Positions 30,111-39,877 of a DNA stretch of 64,000 nucleotides are shown piece by piece (position 1 is the stretch's first letter; each line of letters opens with the position of its first letter). A program made the translations under genes and the position numbers. The stretch comes from Candidatus Latescibacterota bacterium (GTDB lineage Bacteria; Krumholzibacteriota; Krumholzibacteriia; WVZY01; JAKEHA01). The stretch spans positions 2,400,001-2,464,000 of the forward strand of contig OY970173.1 of the NCBI GenBank assembly GCA_963707635.1. The letters are read 5' to 3'. The notes under the pieces are model-generated. The model had not been told where the DNA came from. It saw only the letters and a program-made list of their open reading frames with translations, and did not search any database.

Positions 30111-31181
30111 CTAGGCCGATTCCAGCCGGCGAGCAAACCCCTTCGAGACCTCGAGCGCCAGCTCGAACGAGCGGCGGCAGGTCGCTTCGCTCGACCCCGC
30201 CAGGCCGCACGACGCCGTCACCAGCGACCGGGCGCGAATGCGATCGAGGTCGACTCCCTCCCCCGCGTCCACCAGCCGCCGGGCCGAATCGAACCAGCGC
30301 GCGGCCAGCGCGTCGGCGTCGACACCGCTCAAGTCGTCGAGGGTGGGGATCCATCCCCAGGCGACGTTCCCACCGCCCGCCACGTAGCGGCGGGCGTCCG
30401 CGTCGCGCGCGAAGTCGCCTCCCCCGCGGTAGGCATCGAACGAATAGAGGTCCGGCTCGAGGTCGGCGATGACCGACAGAGGAACTTGATCGCAGCAGTG
30501 CAGTCCGACCAGGACGCCGGGCCGGCGCACGCGCAGGATGACGGAACGCAGCAGGTCGACGATCGCCGCGCGCCGGTCCGGCTCCCGGCGCAGCGCGACG
30601 CCGAGATAGGCGTCGTCGAGCACCAGCAGCACCGACGGGGCGTGGCGGAGCAGGGCCTCCGACTGCCAGCGGGCGAGGCGAACGATGTAGTTGCCTATCG
30701 CCGCGCGCGCCTCCGGGCGATCGAGCAGCGGCGAGCCTTCGGCGAGCAGCATGCACGCCACCGTGACCGGCCCCATCACCTGTCCCTTGATGGCGCGCGC
30801 GCGCGCAAACATCCCGCGCTCGAGCCCCTCCACGAACGCGAAGTAGCCGGAGGCGGCGCCCGGCTCGAAACGTGCCTCCCCGTTCTCGAGCGCCGCGAGC
30901 AGTCGATCGATGCGCTCGACCGGCACCGCGAACGCGTGCTCGCCGCGCACGGCGACGACGTGGCGAAAAGCGGCGCCCAGGGTCTGCGGAATCATGGCCT
31001 CACGGGTGCACTTGCGGCGCAGCTGCGGCCAGAACGGAACCTCGGGCGCGTACTCGGCGACGAACCGGACCGCGGCGGCGGGGTCGAGGAACGGGAGGCT
31101 TCCCACGCCGGAAACCGAACCGTCGCCGCAGAACCACACGGATGGTGCGCGTATCGGAACGTCGTCGCCCTGAACAGTCAT
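30111..31181 (-). CDS. Single-barrel ('core') methionine-synthase-like protein
   Basis: GVGSLP, FWPQL, KGQVMGPVT, GLHCC, WGWIPT, TASCGL (Zn ligands HxC and C); start uncertain. Confidence 0.7.
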   Translation of the reverse strand: MTVQGDDVPIRAPSVWFCGDGSVSGVGSLPFLDPAAAVRFVAEYAPEVPFWPQLRRKCTREAMIPQTLGAAFRHVVAVRGEHAFAVPVERIDRLLAALENGEARFEPGAASGYFAFVEGLERGMFARARAIKGQVMGPVTVACMLLAEGSPLLDRPEARAAIGNYIVRLARWQSEALLRHAPSVLLVLDDAYLGVALRREPDRRAAIVDLLRSVILRVRRPGVLVGLHCCDQVPLSVIADLEPDLYSFDAYRGGGDFARDADARRYVAGGGNVAWGWIPTLDDLSGVDADALAARWFDSARRLVDAGEGVDLDRIRARSLVTASCGLAGSSEATCRRSFELALEVSKGFARRLESA

Positions 31182-31243
31182 TTGTCCCTTGTGGCTCGAT
31201 CGACGAACGCAGCCGACTCGAGCCCCATCAGCGGTAAATACTA

Positions 31244-31333
31244 TGGCGGAGAGAGAGGGATTCGAACCCTCGGAACGCTTTCGCGCTCACACGATTTCCA
31301 ATCGTGCCGATTAAACCACTCTCGCATCTCTCC
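31244..31333 (-). tRNA. tRNA-Ser(GGA)
   Basis: GGAGAGATG...CACGA-TTGGAAA-TCGTG, long variable arm, GCCA end. Confidence 0.95.
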
Positions 31334-31358
31334 CTAAGACCATGGCCGACGCCGCGCG

Positions 31359-31814
31359 TTACGCGCGGCGCGCCTCGAAAAACCGTTGCATGAGTTCACG
31401 GCACCGCGCTTCCTCCACCCCACCGATGACGGTCACGCGGTGGAGCAGACGCGGTTCGTTGGGTATCGCCAGGACGCTTTCACACGCGCCCATTTTCGGC
31501 TCGCGCGCGCCGAAGACGACGCGCGGCAGCCGGGCGAGGAGCACCGCACCGATGCACATGACGCAGGGCTCGATGGTCGAATAGAGCACCGCCTGCCCGA
31601 GATCGTGCGCGCCAACGGTTGCGACCGCCTGCCACAGCGCGAGAATCTCCGCGTGCTCGAAGGGCTGGCCGGTGCGAACGCTGCGATTGTGCCCCCGACC
31701 GACCACCCGCTCTTCCAGCACCACCACCGCTCCCACCGGAACTTCGCCGGCCTCGTACGCCGTCTCCGCCTCGCGGATGGCCTCGGCCATCCACCGCGCG
31801 TCCGAGTCCGTCAT
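31359..31814 (-). CDS. tadA: tRNA adenosine(34) deaminase
   Basis: GEVPVGAV, HAE, EPCVMC. Confidence 0.9.
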   Translation of the reverse strand: MTDSDARWMAEAIREAETAYEAGEVPVGAVVVLEERVVGRGHNRSVRTGQPFEHAEILALWQAVATVGAHDLGQAVLYSTIEPCVMCIGAVLLARLPRVVFGAREPKMGACESVLAIPNEPRLLHRVTVIGGVEEARCRELMQRFFEARRA

Positions 31815-31830
31815 AACGCCTTTGAGCCGC

Positions 31831-32535
31831 TCACCGGGCCGGGAGGCTCGCCGCCAGCGACTGTGCAACCTTGATCGCCACGTCCTCGAACGGGGGCGCG
31901 CGATGGACCTTCTTCCCCAGGTCGGCGTAGACGGCTCCCGACCCGCTGGTCACGAGCGAGCGATCCGCCGTCTCGGAACGGGCCCCCTCAATATAGTCCT
32001 CGTCAGTGGCCCGGAACAGCGTCGTGCCGTCCTTCGCATCCACCACCGTGATGGTGGCGCCGACGTAGGTCGCAGGCGTGGCGTTCTCGGTGATGTCGAC
32101 CTCGTCTTTCTGCCACAGGTCGACTACCGGGATCAGAAATGCATCGCACTGCAACTGGCGGGCGAGCTCGCCCAGGAACTTCATATCCGGCTTGTCCGTG
32201 TTCGCATACGACGTCAGGCAGTTCGCGTACGCGGCGGTCCACTGGTTCTGCTCGACGGCGTAGTCGACCGTGCCCGGGGCGATGAACTTGTAGTCCTTGC
32301 GCGTCGCCAGCGCCTCATCCAGGTATCGCTCCAACGTCTTCGGCGCGACGCCGTCGGGATCGTCCTGATGATTGAGCGAGCTCGCAAACCGCAGCACCGC
32401 GATCTTGCTGAATTGTTGCGCGACCGGGACTTTGGTGTCGGTGAAGCGCGGGTCGACGAAGACGTTGATCGGGTGCTGCTTGCGGCAGGACACCAACGCC
32501 ACCAGGAGGATCGCGGCAACGACCAAACGCCTCAT
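31831..32535 (-). CDS. Lipoprotein of unknown function
   Basis: MRRLVVAAILLVALVS-C lipobox; KIAVLRF start resembles the CsgG/LpoB-type fold (tentative). Confidence 0.72.
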   Translation of the reverse strand: MRRLVVAAILLVALVSCRKQHPINVFVDPRFTDTKVPVAQQFSKIAVLRFASSLNHQDDPDGVAPKTLERYLDEALATRKDYKFIAPGTVDYAVEQNQWTAAYANCLTSYANTDKPDMKFLGELARQLQCDAFLIPVVDLWQKDEVDITENATPATYVGATITVVDAKDGTTLFRATDEDYIEGARSETADRSLVTSGSGAVYADLGKKVHRAPPFEDVAIKVAQSLAASLPAR

Positions 32536-32650
32536 TCGTGAACTCCTTCTCGCCGTTGCGACGGTCGACGGCGAAGGCATCTAGAGTATCCCCCGCGCCA
32601 GCGCCTGTCAACCGCACGGCGACTTCGATAGTGGGTCCGAGTCCTGCTTT

Positions 32651-32680
32651 TTGACAACCGTCCCCGCGCACGCGTACACT
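32651..32680 (+). promoter_or_regulatory. Sigma70-like promoter TTGACA-N18-TACACT
   Basis: Near-consensus boxes ending 7 nt before GTG 32688. Confidence 0.55.
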
Positions 32681-32687
32681 CGCCCGG

Positions 32688-33788
32688 GTGAGTACGTCCC
32701 GGGGTGACGAGCGACCGCGCATGCTGCTGCTCGGTGACGCGCGCCAGGTGCATCTGCGACGCTGGGCGGCGTATTTCACGGAGCACGGCTACGATGTGCT
32801 CACGCTCTCGCTCGAGCCGGGAGAGGGATTTCCCTCGCGATTCCGGAAACTCTCCGTCCCCGACCTGCTTCCCGACGCGCTGCGCTACCCGCTCGCGGCG
32901 GTCGCGGTGCGCCGCGCCTGCCGGGAGTTTCGTCCCCACGTCGTGAGCGCGCATTTCGTCCCCAACTACGGACTGATCGCGGCATTGGTGCGGCCGCGCT
33001 CATGGGTCTTGAGCACCTGGGGCAGCGACGTGATGACCGACCCGGACAAGAGCGCGTTTCACCGCTGGCGCGCCGGCTTCGTGCTTCGCCGCGCGCCCTA
33101 CGTGACCTCGGACGCGCGGGTGCTCACCGAACGAATCCGCAGCTTCGGCGTCGACGAGCAGAAGATCCTCACCTTCCCCTACGGGGTCGACGAGCGGTTG
33201 TTCTACCCGGCCACCACCACTCCGGCCGCCGGTCCCCGGATCGTGAGCAACCGCAAACTCGAGCCCCTCTACCGCGTCGATACCGTAATCGACGCCTTCG
33301 CCGGGGTCCGCGAGGCCCTGCCCGACGCGGCGTTGACCGTCGCCGGCGACGGGGGGAGCCGAGCCGTGCTGGCCCGCCGCGCGGAGCGCTCCACCGCGTC
33401 GGCGGCGATCACCTTCGTCGGCGCGCTGGACCACGCGCGCATGCCGGCGCTGCTGCGCGAACACCACCTCTATGTGTCCGCCTCGCCGCACGACACCACC
33501 TCGGTCTCTCTGCTCGAGGCGATGGCGTGCGGCCTGTTTCCGGTGGTGACCGACATTCCCGCGAACCGGGAGTGGATCGTCGACGGCGAGAATGGAAGGC
33601 TGGTGGCGGCTGGTCAGGCGACGCGCTTCGCCGTCACCCTGATCGATTCGTGGCGCGACACGGGGCTGCGGGAACGCGCCCGGCGGCGAAACCTGGAGAT
33701 CATCGCGGCCCGCGGGCGCTGGGAAGATTCCATGCAGCCCGCCCGCGATCTGTTCGATTCGCTGGTCGAACGTTCCGGCCTCACTTGA
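32688..33788 (+). CDS. Glycosyltransferase family 4
   Basis: WGSDV, SLLEAMACG, TDIPANRE. Confidence 0.9.
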   Translation: MSTSRGDERPRMLLLGDARQVHLRRWAAYFTEHGYDVLTLSLEPGEGFPSRFRKLSVPDLLPDALRYPLAAVAVRRACREFRPHVVSAHFVPNYGLIAALVRPRSWVLSTWGSDVMTDPDKSAFHRWRAGFVLRRAPYVTSDARVLTERIRSFGVDEQKILTFPYGVDERLFYPATTTPAAGPRIVSNRKLEPLYRVDTVIDAFAGVREALPDAALTVAGDGGSRAVLARRAERSTASAAITFVGALDHARMPALLREHHLYVSASPHDTTSVSLLEAMACGLFPVVTDIPANREWIVDGENGRLVAAGQATRFAVTLIDSWRDTGLRERARRRNLEIIAARGRWEDSMQPARDLFDSLVERSGLT

Positions 33789-33831
33789 CAACCGGCCTCC
33801 GCTCGGCAAGAATACCTGCTCTCTATCCACC

Positions 33832-34296
33832 ATGTCGACGTCACGCACCCCCGGCATCGTTCTGGTAGTCATCGGCGGCCTCCTGCTGGGCGCCGGGGTC
33901 ACCGCCTACTCGAGCGCGAGCCGAAAGGCGATCCCGATCCGCCAGCGCATCGAGTCCGACCAGGCGCTGCTCGACAGCACGCGCACCGAGTTGCGCGAAG
34001 TCAGCCTTCGCTACCAGGGTTTCTCGAAGAGCGGCCAGGAAGTGCCGGACTCCATCCGGCGCTACGAAGCGGGCACGGTATGGAAGCTGGATAAGAAGTA
34101 CGGAAACCGAATCTACCTCCTCGAGAGGAAAGAACGGGACTTGACGTTCGAGATGACGAGGCTACGCATGCGCGAGGGCGCCGCGAAGCGGCGCGGGCTG
34201 GTGGTTTCGGTACCGCTGGCCGTGTTCGGAGCCGGCGTGTCGCTCGCCGGAGTCCTCATGCTGAAGCGTTCGCGGCCCCGCCCGGTTGCGGCTTGA
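33832..34296 (+). CDS. Hypothetical membrane protein (two TM helices flanking a coiled coil)
   Basis: Hydrophobic N- and C-terminal segments; TTGACA-N17-AAGAAT upstream. Confidence 0.6.
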   Translation: MSTSRTPGIVLVVIGGLLLGAGVTAYSSASRKAIPIRQRIESDQALLDSTRTELREVSLRYQGFSKSGQEVPDSIRRYEAGTVWKLDKKYGNRIYLLERKERDLTFEMTRLRMREGAAKRRGLVVSVPLAVFGAGVSLAGVLMLKRSRPRPVAA

Positions 34297-34387
34297 CGAG
34301 TCGCCAGGCCGCGGCATACGCTCCCGTGGTTATGCGCGCCCACGCAGGCGCGTGCCGCGCGTCTCGATTTCCCTGCAAGGAGCCAGC

Positions 34388-34693
34388 ATGACGTACGTCG
34401 TCACAGGCAACTGTCAGCGGTGCCGCTACACGGATTGTGTCGTCGTGTGTCCCGTGGACTGTTTCCACGCTGACGCCGAGATGCTCTACATTGACCCGGA
34501 TTCGTGCATCGACTGCGACGCGTGCGCGCCCGAGTGCCCGGTCGAGGCGATCTATCCGGAAGAAGACGTGCCCGACGACCAGAAGCAGTGGATCGAGATC
34601 AACCGGGATCGCGCCGCCGCGAACCCGATCATCACCGACAAGCAGCCCCCGCTCCCCACCGCCGAGGCGCGGAAGAAGGAACTGGGCTTCTAG
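34388..34693 (+). CDS. Ferredoxin, FdxA (7Fe/8Fe) type
   Basis: MTYVVTGNCQRCRYTDCVVVCPVDCF...CIDCDACAPECP. Confidence 0.93.
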   Translation: MTYVVTGNCQRCRYTDCVVVCPVDCFHADAEMLYIDPDSCIDCDACAPECPVEAIYPEEDVPDDQKQWIEINRDRAAANPIITDKQPPLPTAEARKKELGF

Positions 34694-34713
34694 CGCGTCT
34701 CAAAGACGGGAAG

Positions 34714-34750
34714 AAAAACGGGCCCCGATCGCATGGTCGGGGCCCGTTCT
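34714..34750. terminator. Bidirectional intrinsic terminator
   Basis: AACGGGCCCCGATC-GCAT-GGTCGGGGCCCGTT with an A-tract on the left, between convergent genes. Confidence 0.75.
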
Positions 34751-34767
34751 CGTTCCGGTTCCGCTAA

Positions 34768-34857
34768 GGAGGAATGCACTCCCTCCGACGCCAATCCGCA
34801 GTCGCGCATTTCAACAATGTGCGCGGGCGGACGGCGGCAGAGGGAGTGCATTCCTCC
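34768..34857. repeat. ~90-nt imperfect inverted repeat
   Basis: Perfect 18-bp arms GGAGGAATGCACTCCCTC / GAGGGAGTGCATTCCTCC with nested inner stems. Confidence 0.85.
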
Positions 34858-34862
34858 CTTTC

Positions 34863-36227
34863 TCAACTCGCCTTCGGCTTGTCTTTCACCAGGTCCGCGC
34901 GCCGCAGGCGCAGCCCGTCGTAGCTGTCCGCCGAGATCACGTAGTACCACTTCGCGAACCGTGCGTTGAGCGCGTCCGCGCGCTTGCGCCCCGCTTCGAC
35001 CTTCTGGCTCCAGCGATCGTGCACGTCCTGGATGTCCTTCTGCCGGCGATCCACCGGGGTCCACGTGCTGTCCGGCTTCGTCTGGAACGCGAGGATCGTG
35101 GCCTTCGCCGGCTCCGGGAACCGTGACGGATCGAACGACGCTGTGATCATGAGGTAGCGGTTCTCGCCGGCCGCGCCCTCGCCCGGCGCGGTGCTGCCCG
35201 CGCTGACCGCTTCGCCGTCGCCAAAGGCCACCTCGCCGAACCGGAGCGTGTACGACACGCCGTCGTTGGTGCGCACCTGCAACTCGCCTTCGTTCGACAC
35301 CAGGCGTCCGTCCCGGGCAAAGTAGAAGCCGTGGCTCTGGAGCGATACCATGTCGGCCTGGGTGATGGATACGCCGGCAGCCGCCCGCGAGAGCGACGCG
35401 GTGACGCCTTCCGGCTTCGGACGCACGCCCTCGATCGAAAGCTCGTCGACCGCCTTCAGCAGGTTGTTGACCTTGTAGGTGTCGAGCTCCTTGCCGGCGG
35501 GTGTTCCCGCCATCGCCCACTGCTCGCCGTTCTTCGTCACCACGATGTCGTCGCGAACGTCGAGCCGGCCCGACCGCTCGTCGATGGAGTAGTCCTTCAG
35601 GTCGAAGCGCTCGATCTCCTCTTTCTCGATCTGCATCAGATCCGCTTCGATCCAATCCTTGAACTTGGTGGAGATATCGAGGTTCACCCGCGCGCCATAC
35701 ACCCGCTTCTGGCCGGGCACGCGCACGAGCCGGAACCCTTCGCGCCCTTCGAACGACTTGCCGATGATGAGATCGGCCAGCACCACGTCGTTCTCCCCCT
35801 TGATGGTCACGCGCTTGCCGCGCCCCTTGAGGCTCGGGCTGGTCATGTCGAGGGGGTCGATGACGCCGCACGCCTCGTGGTCGGTGACGTTGTCGGTGCG
35901 GAAATCGTCCTTGGTGATCCCGATCATTCCGGCGGCCGTCTTGGCCAGACGGTCCTTGCCGTCGGCCGGGTAGCCGTGGTGCGAGGGGATCGTCCACTTC
36001 CCGCCCTGAAACGTCACCTTGAACGGCACCGCCGCGCCGGTCTGCTCGTCCCAGTCCACGACTTCCAGCGTCCGCGCGGCGTTGGGGTCAGTGAAATCCG
36101 GGAAGAACGCTTCGCCCTGATCGAAGAACGCTTCCGGCGTCTTCTGACGCGGCGCCGTCAATATGGACAAGGCCGCGAGCACCACCGCACCGGCGGCAAA
36201 ATAGATCGTCTTGCGCATCTCGCTCAT
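34863..36227 (-). CDS. DUF4340-domain protein
   Basis: N-terminal anchor, WTIPSHHGYPAD, LIIGK; last gene of a GldA/F/G-like operon. Confidence 0.75.
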   Translation of the reverse strand: MSEMRKTIYFAAGAVVLAALSILTAPRQKTPEAFFDQGEAFFPDFTDPNAARTLEVVDWDEQTGAAVPFKVTFQGGKWTIPSHHGYPADGKDRLAKTAAGMIGITKDDFRTDNVTDHEACGVIDPLDMTSPSLKGRGKRVTIKGENDVVLADLIIGKSFEGREGFRLVRVPGQKRVYGARVNLDISTKFKDWIEADLMQIEKEEIERFDLKDYSIDERSGRLDVRDDIVVTKNGEQWAMAGTPAGKELDTYKVNNLLKAVDELSIEGVRPKPEGVTASLSRAAAGVSITQADMVSLQSHGFYFARDGRLVSNEGELQVRTNDGVSYTLRFGEVAFGDGEAVSAGSTAPGEGAAGENRYLMITASFDPSRFPEPAKATILAFQTKPDSTWTPVDRRQKDIQDVHDRWSQKVEAGRKRADALNARFAKWYYVISADSYDGLRLRRADLVKDKPKAS

Positions 36228-36242
36228 CGTCGTCCTCCGTGC

Positions 36243-38903
36243 CTACCCGCGCAGCCGGTGGGCGGCTGCGGCGCCTTCCCGCTCGCGCCGTCGGCGCTTC
36301 ATGAAGATGAACACCCCGAGCACGAACACCGGCACGGGGGGAAGCAGCCCGGCCAGCGTCTTGATGCCGCTCTGGATGCGCCGCACCTGCGACTCCATGT
36401 CTTCCTTGCTGCGCTCGATCTTCACGTCGCGCTCGGATTCGATGGTCGCCTTCATGGTCTCGAAGCGCCGGTTCTCGGTCTCCTGCAGGCTGCGCGCCAT
36501 GATCTGCTTGGTGGTCGCGTCGAGGTCGGTGCGGCTCTCCACCTCGCTGACGCGCTCGTTCAGCCGCTGCTGCGCCTCCGCCAGCGCGGCCTGGGCGTCG
36601 GCCTGCGCCTGCTGCTCTTCCCCGGCCCGGCGTTCCGCGAACGCGCGGGTGCGCGACTCGACGGCGGTCAGGGTCCGGTGCTGGACCCGCCGGCGGCGCA
36701 GATCGACGAACGACTGGTCGCCGACCAGCACGTCGATGCAGTTGAGGAAGAACGAAACGTTGTCAAAATCCAGGTTCTCCAACCCGCGCCGCCGGATCTC
36801 GAAGAACTGGTCGGAGATGAAGTCCAGGTCGGCGATGAAGATGACGTTCACGTGGGTGGTGTCGCCGGCCGCGACTTTCTCGCCGGTCACGCGCGCGGCG
36901 ATCGGGTAGTCGGTCGAGGTCGCGTAGCGCGGTCCCTGGTAGGGCACCAGCCCCACGCCGAAGAAGCTCTTCTGCACGACCTGGCTGTAGTCGGTCGTCC
37001 CCGACGACGTGCTGCTCTTGATGATGGGCTCGAACGAAAACGGCGAGCCGCTCACCTTGGTAATGGCGCCGGGGAACAGGAACACGAGCTCCTGCAGCCC
37101 CTTCGACGCCGGGAAGGCGTCGTTGAAGGATTCGTTGTTGCCGTTGCCGCGTCCGACGAACACCACTTCGGGCGGAAGGTTCGCGAGCTCGGGGTGCGGG
37201 TTGTAGCGGTCCCACACGATCTGGGTCTTGCTCCAGAGCAACCCGAAGTTCCCCAGGAAGGTGCCGATGCCGCCCTTGGGCTTGGGTTGAGGGCCACGGT
37301 TGCGCATGAACGGGTTCACGTTGGCGCCGCTCTCCTCGTTCGGCCCGAGCCCAATGTCGAAGACCGGTACGGGGTCGTCGATCAGGAGCGCCGGGTGCCC
37401 GCGCCCGATGTATTCCTCGACGTGGTCCATCTCCTCCTGCGACAACGACGACGGGAGTGCCACCACCAGCGCGTCCAGCTTCTCCTGGATCGAATCCTGC
37501 GCCGAGACCTGCACCACCTCGTACTGTTTCTGCAACTCACCGACCACCGGCCACGGAGGCGTGCTCTGGAAGGTGTTGAAGTCCAGGCCGCCGAACATGC
37601 GCACCTGGGTCGTGACCACTCCCACCCGCTTGCGCGACGTGCGCGCAACCACCCGGATCGAACGCGCGATCTCGTACTCGGTCGGGAGCCCGCGGTCGAA
37701 GAAGCTGATCACGCTCTCTTCGCCGCCGCAGGTGAAGGCGACCCCCATGAACACCTTCATCACGTTGGCCTGCGAGCCTTCGATGTCGGGCACGTCCATC
37801 GGCAGGATGCCGAACTTCTCGCGCGCGTCGCGCGCCTCCTGGCTGTACGGCTCGGTGTCGTGGATCACCAGGTGGATCCGGTTGCCGCCGACCGCGTCGA
37901 ACTCGCGCAAGAACCCGAGCAGGTTCTCCCTCGGCTGCACGTACGCCCGCGGCACGTTCTTGCTGACGTAGGCCTGGATGAAGACCGGGCGATCGCCGGA
38001 GATCTCGTGGATCAGGCTCCGGCTCTCACCGGAAAGCGAATGCAGCCGCTCCGCGGTGACGTCGACACGCGCGCCCGCGCGCGTGAGCAGCGCGTGCGCG
38101 CTGATCAGCGCCACCGCGATCGCCACCGTGCGGATCGCAAAATGGAATCCCATGCGGTGCCCGCCGGCCGTCGGCGGCCAGTGGCGGCGCCCCACCAGCA
38201 CGACGTTGAGATAGAGCATCACGGCGACGATGCCCGCGAAATAGACGATCCCGGAGAGGCTCACCACGCCGCGCGCAAAGTCGCCGAAATAGTCGAACAC
38301 GGCCAGGCGCGCGCCGAAATCTGCGGCCGCCGGTCCGAAAACGCCCAGGACCCGCTCGACGTACACGAACCCGGCGCAGAAGATCGCCCCCAGAATGAAC
38401 GCAACCGTCACGTTCGCGCTCAAGCGCGACGCCAGCATCCCCACCGAGATGAACGCGGCGCCGATCAGCCAGTACCCCAGGTAGTTCCCGAGCATGAGCC
38501 CCAGGTCGGGGCGGCCGAGCCAGAACAGGACCAGCAGGTGGCTCAAGGACAGCAGTACCGCGCCGGTGAACACGCCGAGCGTCGCCAGATACTTGCCCAG
38601 CACCACCTCGAGGTCGGTGGCGGGCAGGGTGAGCAGGAGTTCCTCCGTCCCCTGCTTGCGCTCCTCGGACCACACCCCCATGGTGATGGCCGGCACGAAG
38701 AAGAGGAGCAGGTACGGGAACACGTCGTTGAGCTGCGACAGATTGGCGAGGTTGTTGAGGAAGAAGCGATCCTGCCAGAACGCAGCGGCCGCCGACAGGA
38801 ATATGAACAGCGTGATGAAGACGTACCCCGTCGGGTTGGAAAAATAGAGGCGAAGGTCGCGGCGGACGATCGCCCGGGTCACCACCCAGTTGATGGATCT
38901 CAT
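36243..38903 (-). CDS. Fused ABC permease (GldF-like) and GldG-family auxiliary domain
   Basis: YFSNPTGY, WSEERKQGTEELLLTLP, DVTAERLHSLS, EYEIARSI. Confidence 0.85.
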   Translation of the reverse strand: MRSINWVVTRAIVRRDLRLYFSNPTGYVFITLFIFLSAAAAFWQDRFFLNNLANLSQLNDVFPYLLLFFVPAITMGVWSEERKQGTEELLLTLPATDLEVVLGKYLATLGVFTGAVLLSLSHLLVLFWLGRPDLGLMLGNYLGYWLIGAAFISVGMLASRLSANVTVAFILGAIFCAGFVYVERVLGVFGPAAADFGARLAVFDYFGDFARGVVSLSGIVYFAGIVAVMLYLNVVLVGRRHWPPTAGGHRMGFHFAIRTVAIAVALISAHALLTRAGARVDVTAERLHSLSGESRSLIHEISGDRPVFIQAYVSKNVPRAYVQPRENLLGFLREFDAVGGNRIHLVIHDTEPYSQEARDAREKFGILPMDVPDIEGSQANVMKVFMGVAFTCGGEESVISFFDRGLPTEYEIARSIRVVARTSRKRVGVVTTQVRMFGGLDFNTFQSTPPWPVVGELQKQYEVVQVSAQDSIQEKLDALVVALPSSLSQEEMDHVEEYIGRGHPALLIDDPVPVFDIGLGPNEESGANVNPFMRNRGPQPKPKGGIGTFLGNFGLLWSKTQIVWDRYNPHPELANLPPEVVFVGRGNGNNESFNDAFPASKGLQELVFLFPGAITKVSGSPFSFEPIIKSSTSSGTTDYSQVVQKSFFGVGLVPYQGPRYATSTDYPIAARVTGEKVAAGDTTHVNVIFIADLDFISDQFFEIRRRGLENLDFDNVSFFLNCIDVLVGDQSFVDLRRRRVQHRTLTAVESRTRAFAERRAGEEQQAQADAQAALAEAQQRLNERVSEVESRTDLDATTKQIMARSLQETENRRFETMKATIESERDVKIERSKEDMESQVRRIQSGIKTLAGLLPPVPVFVLGVFIFMKRRRREREGAAAAHRLRG

Positions 38904-38916
38904 CGCTCCCACCCCC

Positions 38917-39666
38917 CTAGCGGCTCGCCGACGCTCGCGCGTCGGACCCGGTGAGCCGGTAAAACGTCTGCTCGAGTGTGCCCGCCTGGCGCAACTGCGC
39001 GGGCGGCCCGTCGAGGACCAGGCGGCCGTCGTTGATCAGGATCACGCGATCCGCGACTGCCTCGACTTCCTGGAGAATGTGCGTGGAGATGAGGATCGTC
39101 TTGGTGCGGCCGAGTACCTTGATGTTTTCGCGAAAGTCCCGGATCTGGTTGGGGTCAAGCCCGGCTGTCGGCTCGTCCATGATGAGCACGGCGGGGTCGT
39201 GGAGGAGCGCTTGCGCCAGCCCCACCCGCTGCCGGTACCCGCGCGAAAGCTTGCCGATGGGCTTCTCGATCACGTCGCGCAGCGCGCACTGGGTCACGAC
39301 CACGTCGATGCGCTCCTTGCACTTCGCCCCGAGCTCGCGCGCCTCGCCGAAGAAGCGCAGCAGCTCCAGCGGCGTCATGTCGTTGTACAGCGGCCCGTTC
39401 TCGGGCAGGTACCCGAGTGCGCGCGCGCCCTGGAGCCGCTGGCGGGTCATGTCGAAACCCGCAATGCGCGCGATCCCCGCGCTCGCCGCCAGGTAGCCGG
39501 AGAGGATCTTCATGGTGGTGGATTTCCCGGCGCCATTGGGCCCGAGAAACGACACGATCTGCCCCTCCGGGATGGAGAAGCTGACATCCTTTATAGCGAC
39601 GAACGGCCCGTAGTATTTCGACAGGCCCTCCGCCTCGATCATTACGCGACGCGGGGCATCCGCCAT
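38917..39666 (-). CDS. ABC transporter ATP-binding protein (GldA-like)
   Basis: GPNGAGKST, LSRGYRQRVGLAQAL, DEPTAGLDPNQI, STHIL. Confidence 0.93.
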   Translation of the reverse strand: MADAPRRVMIEAEGLSKYYGPFVAIKDVSFSIPEGQIVSFLGPNGAGKSTTMKILSGYLAASAGIARIAGFDMTRQRLQGARALGYLPENGPLYNDMTPLELLRFFGEARELGAKCKERIDVVVTQCALRDVIEKPIGKLSRGYRQRVGLAQALLHDPAVLIMDEPTAGLDPNQIRDFRENIKVLGRTKTILISTHILQEVEAVADRVILINDGRLVLDGPPAQLRQAGTLEQTFYRLTGSDARASASR

Positions 39667-39877
39667 GGGCGACTCCTCAAAGACGACGGTTCATACCGGG
39701 ATGAGCGAGAGAATTGACCGCTTATACAGAGGCCACCCCGAGAAGTTCACAAAGACTTTGCGCTCGTCTCAAGATGGCCTTCCAGGAACGAATCGGTATG
39801 GTAGCCGGGGCACCCCCATCCCGCAACCCCCTTTTCCGGGAACGCTCGCCGATGGCGGATAATCGCATAGATGACGA

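Noticed and set aside
29731..31333. 37-bp identical sequence flanking two genes, resembling attL/attR of an island
   Set aside because: Both copies are the 3' halves of complete tRNA-Ser isoacceptors, and there is no integrase
35331..38954. 1207-aa plus-strand ORF and similar long ORFs (e.g. 49707-51869, 21771-23684, 17935-19923)
   Set aside because: They are antisense shadows of well-supported genes, expected at high GC with strong codon bias, and show no motifs
39680..39800. c-di-GMP riboswitch upstream of the GldA-like gene
   Set aside because: It contains GCAAAG in a hairpin but lacks the two-stem GNRA/receptor architecture
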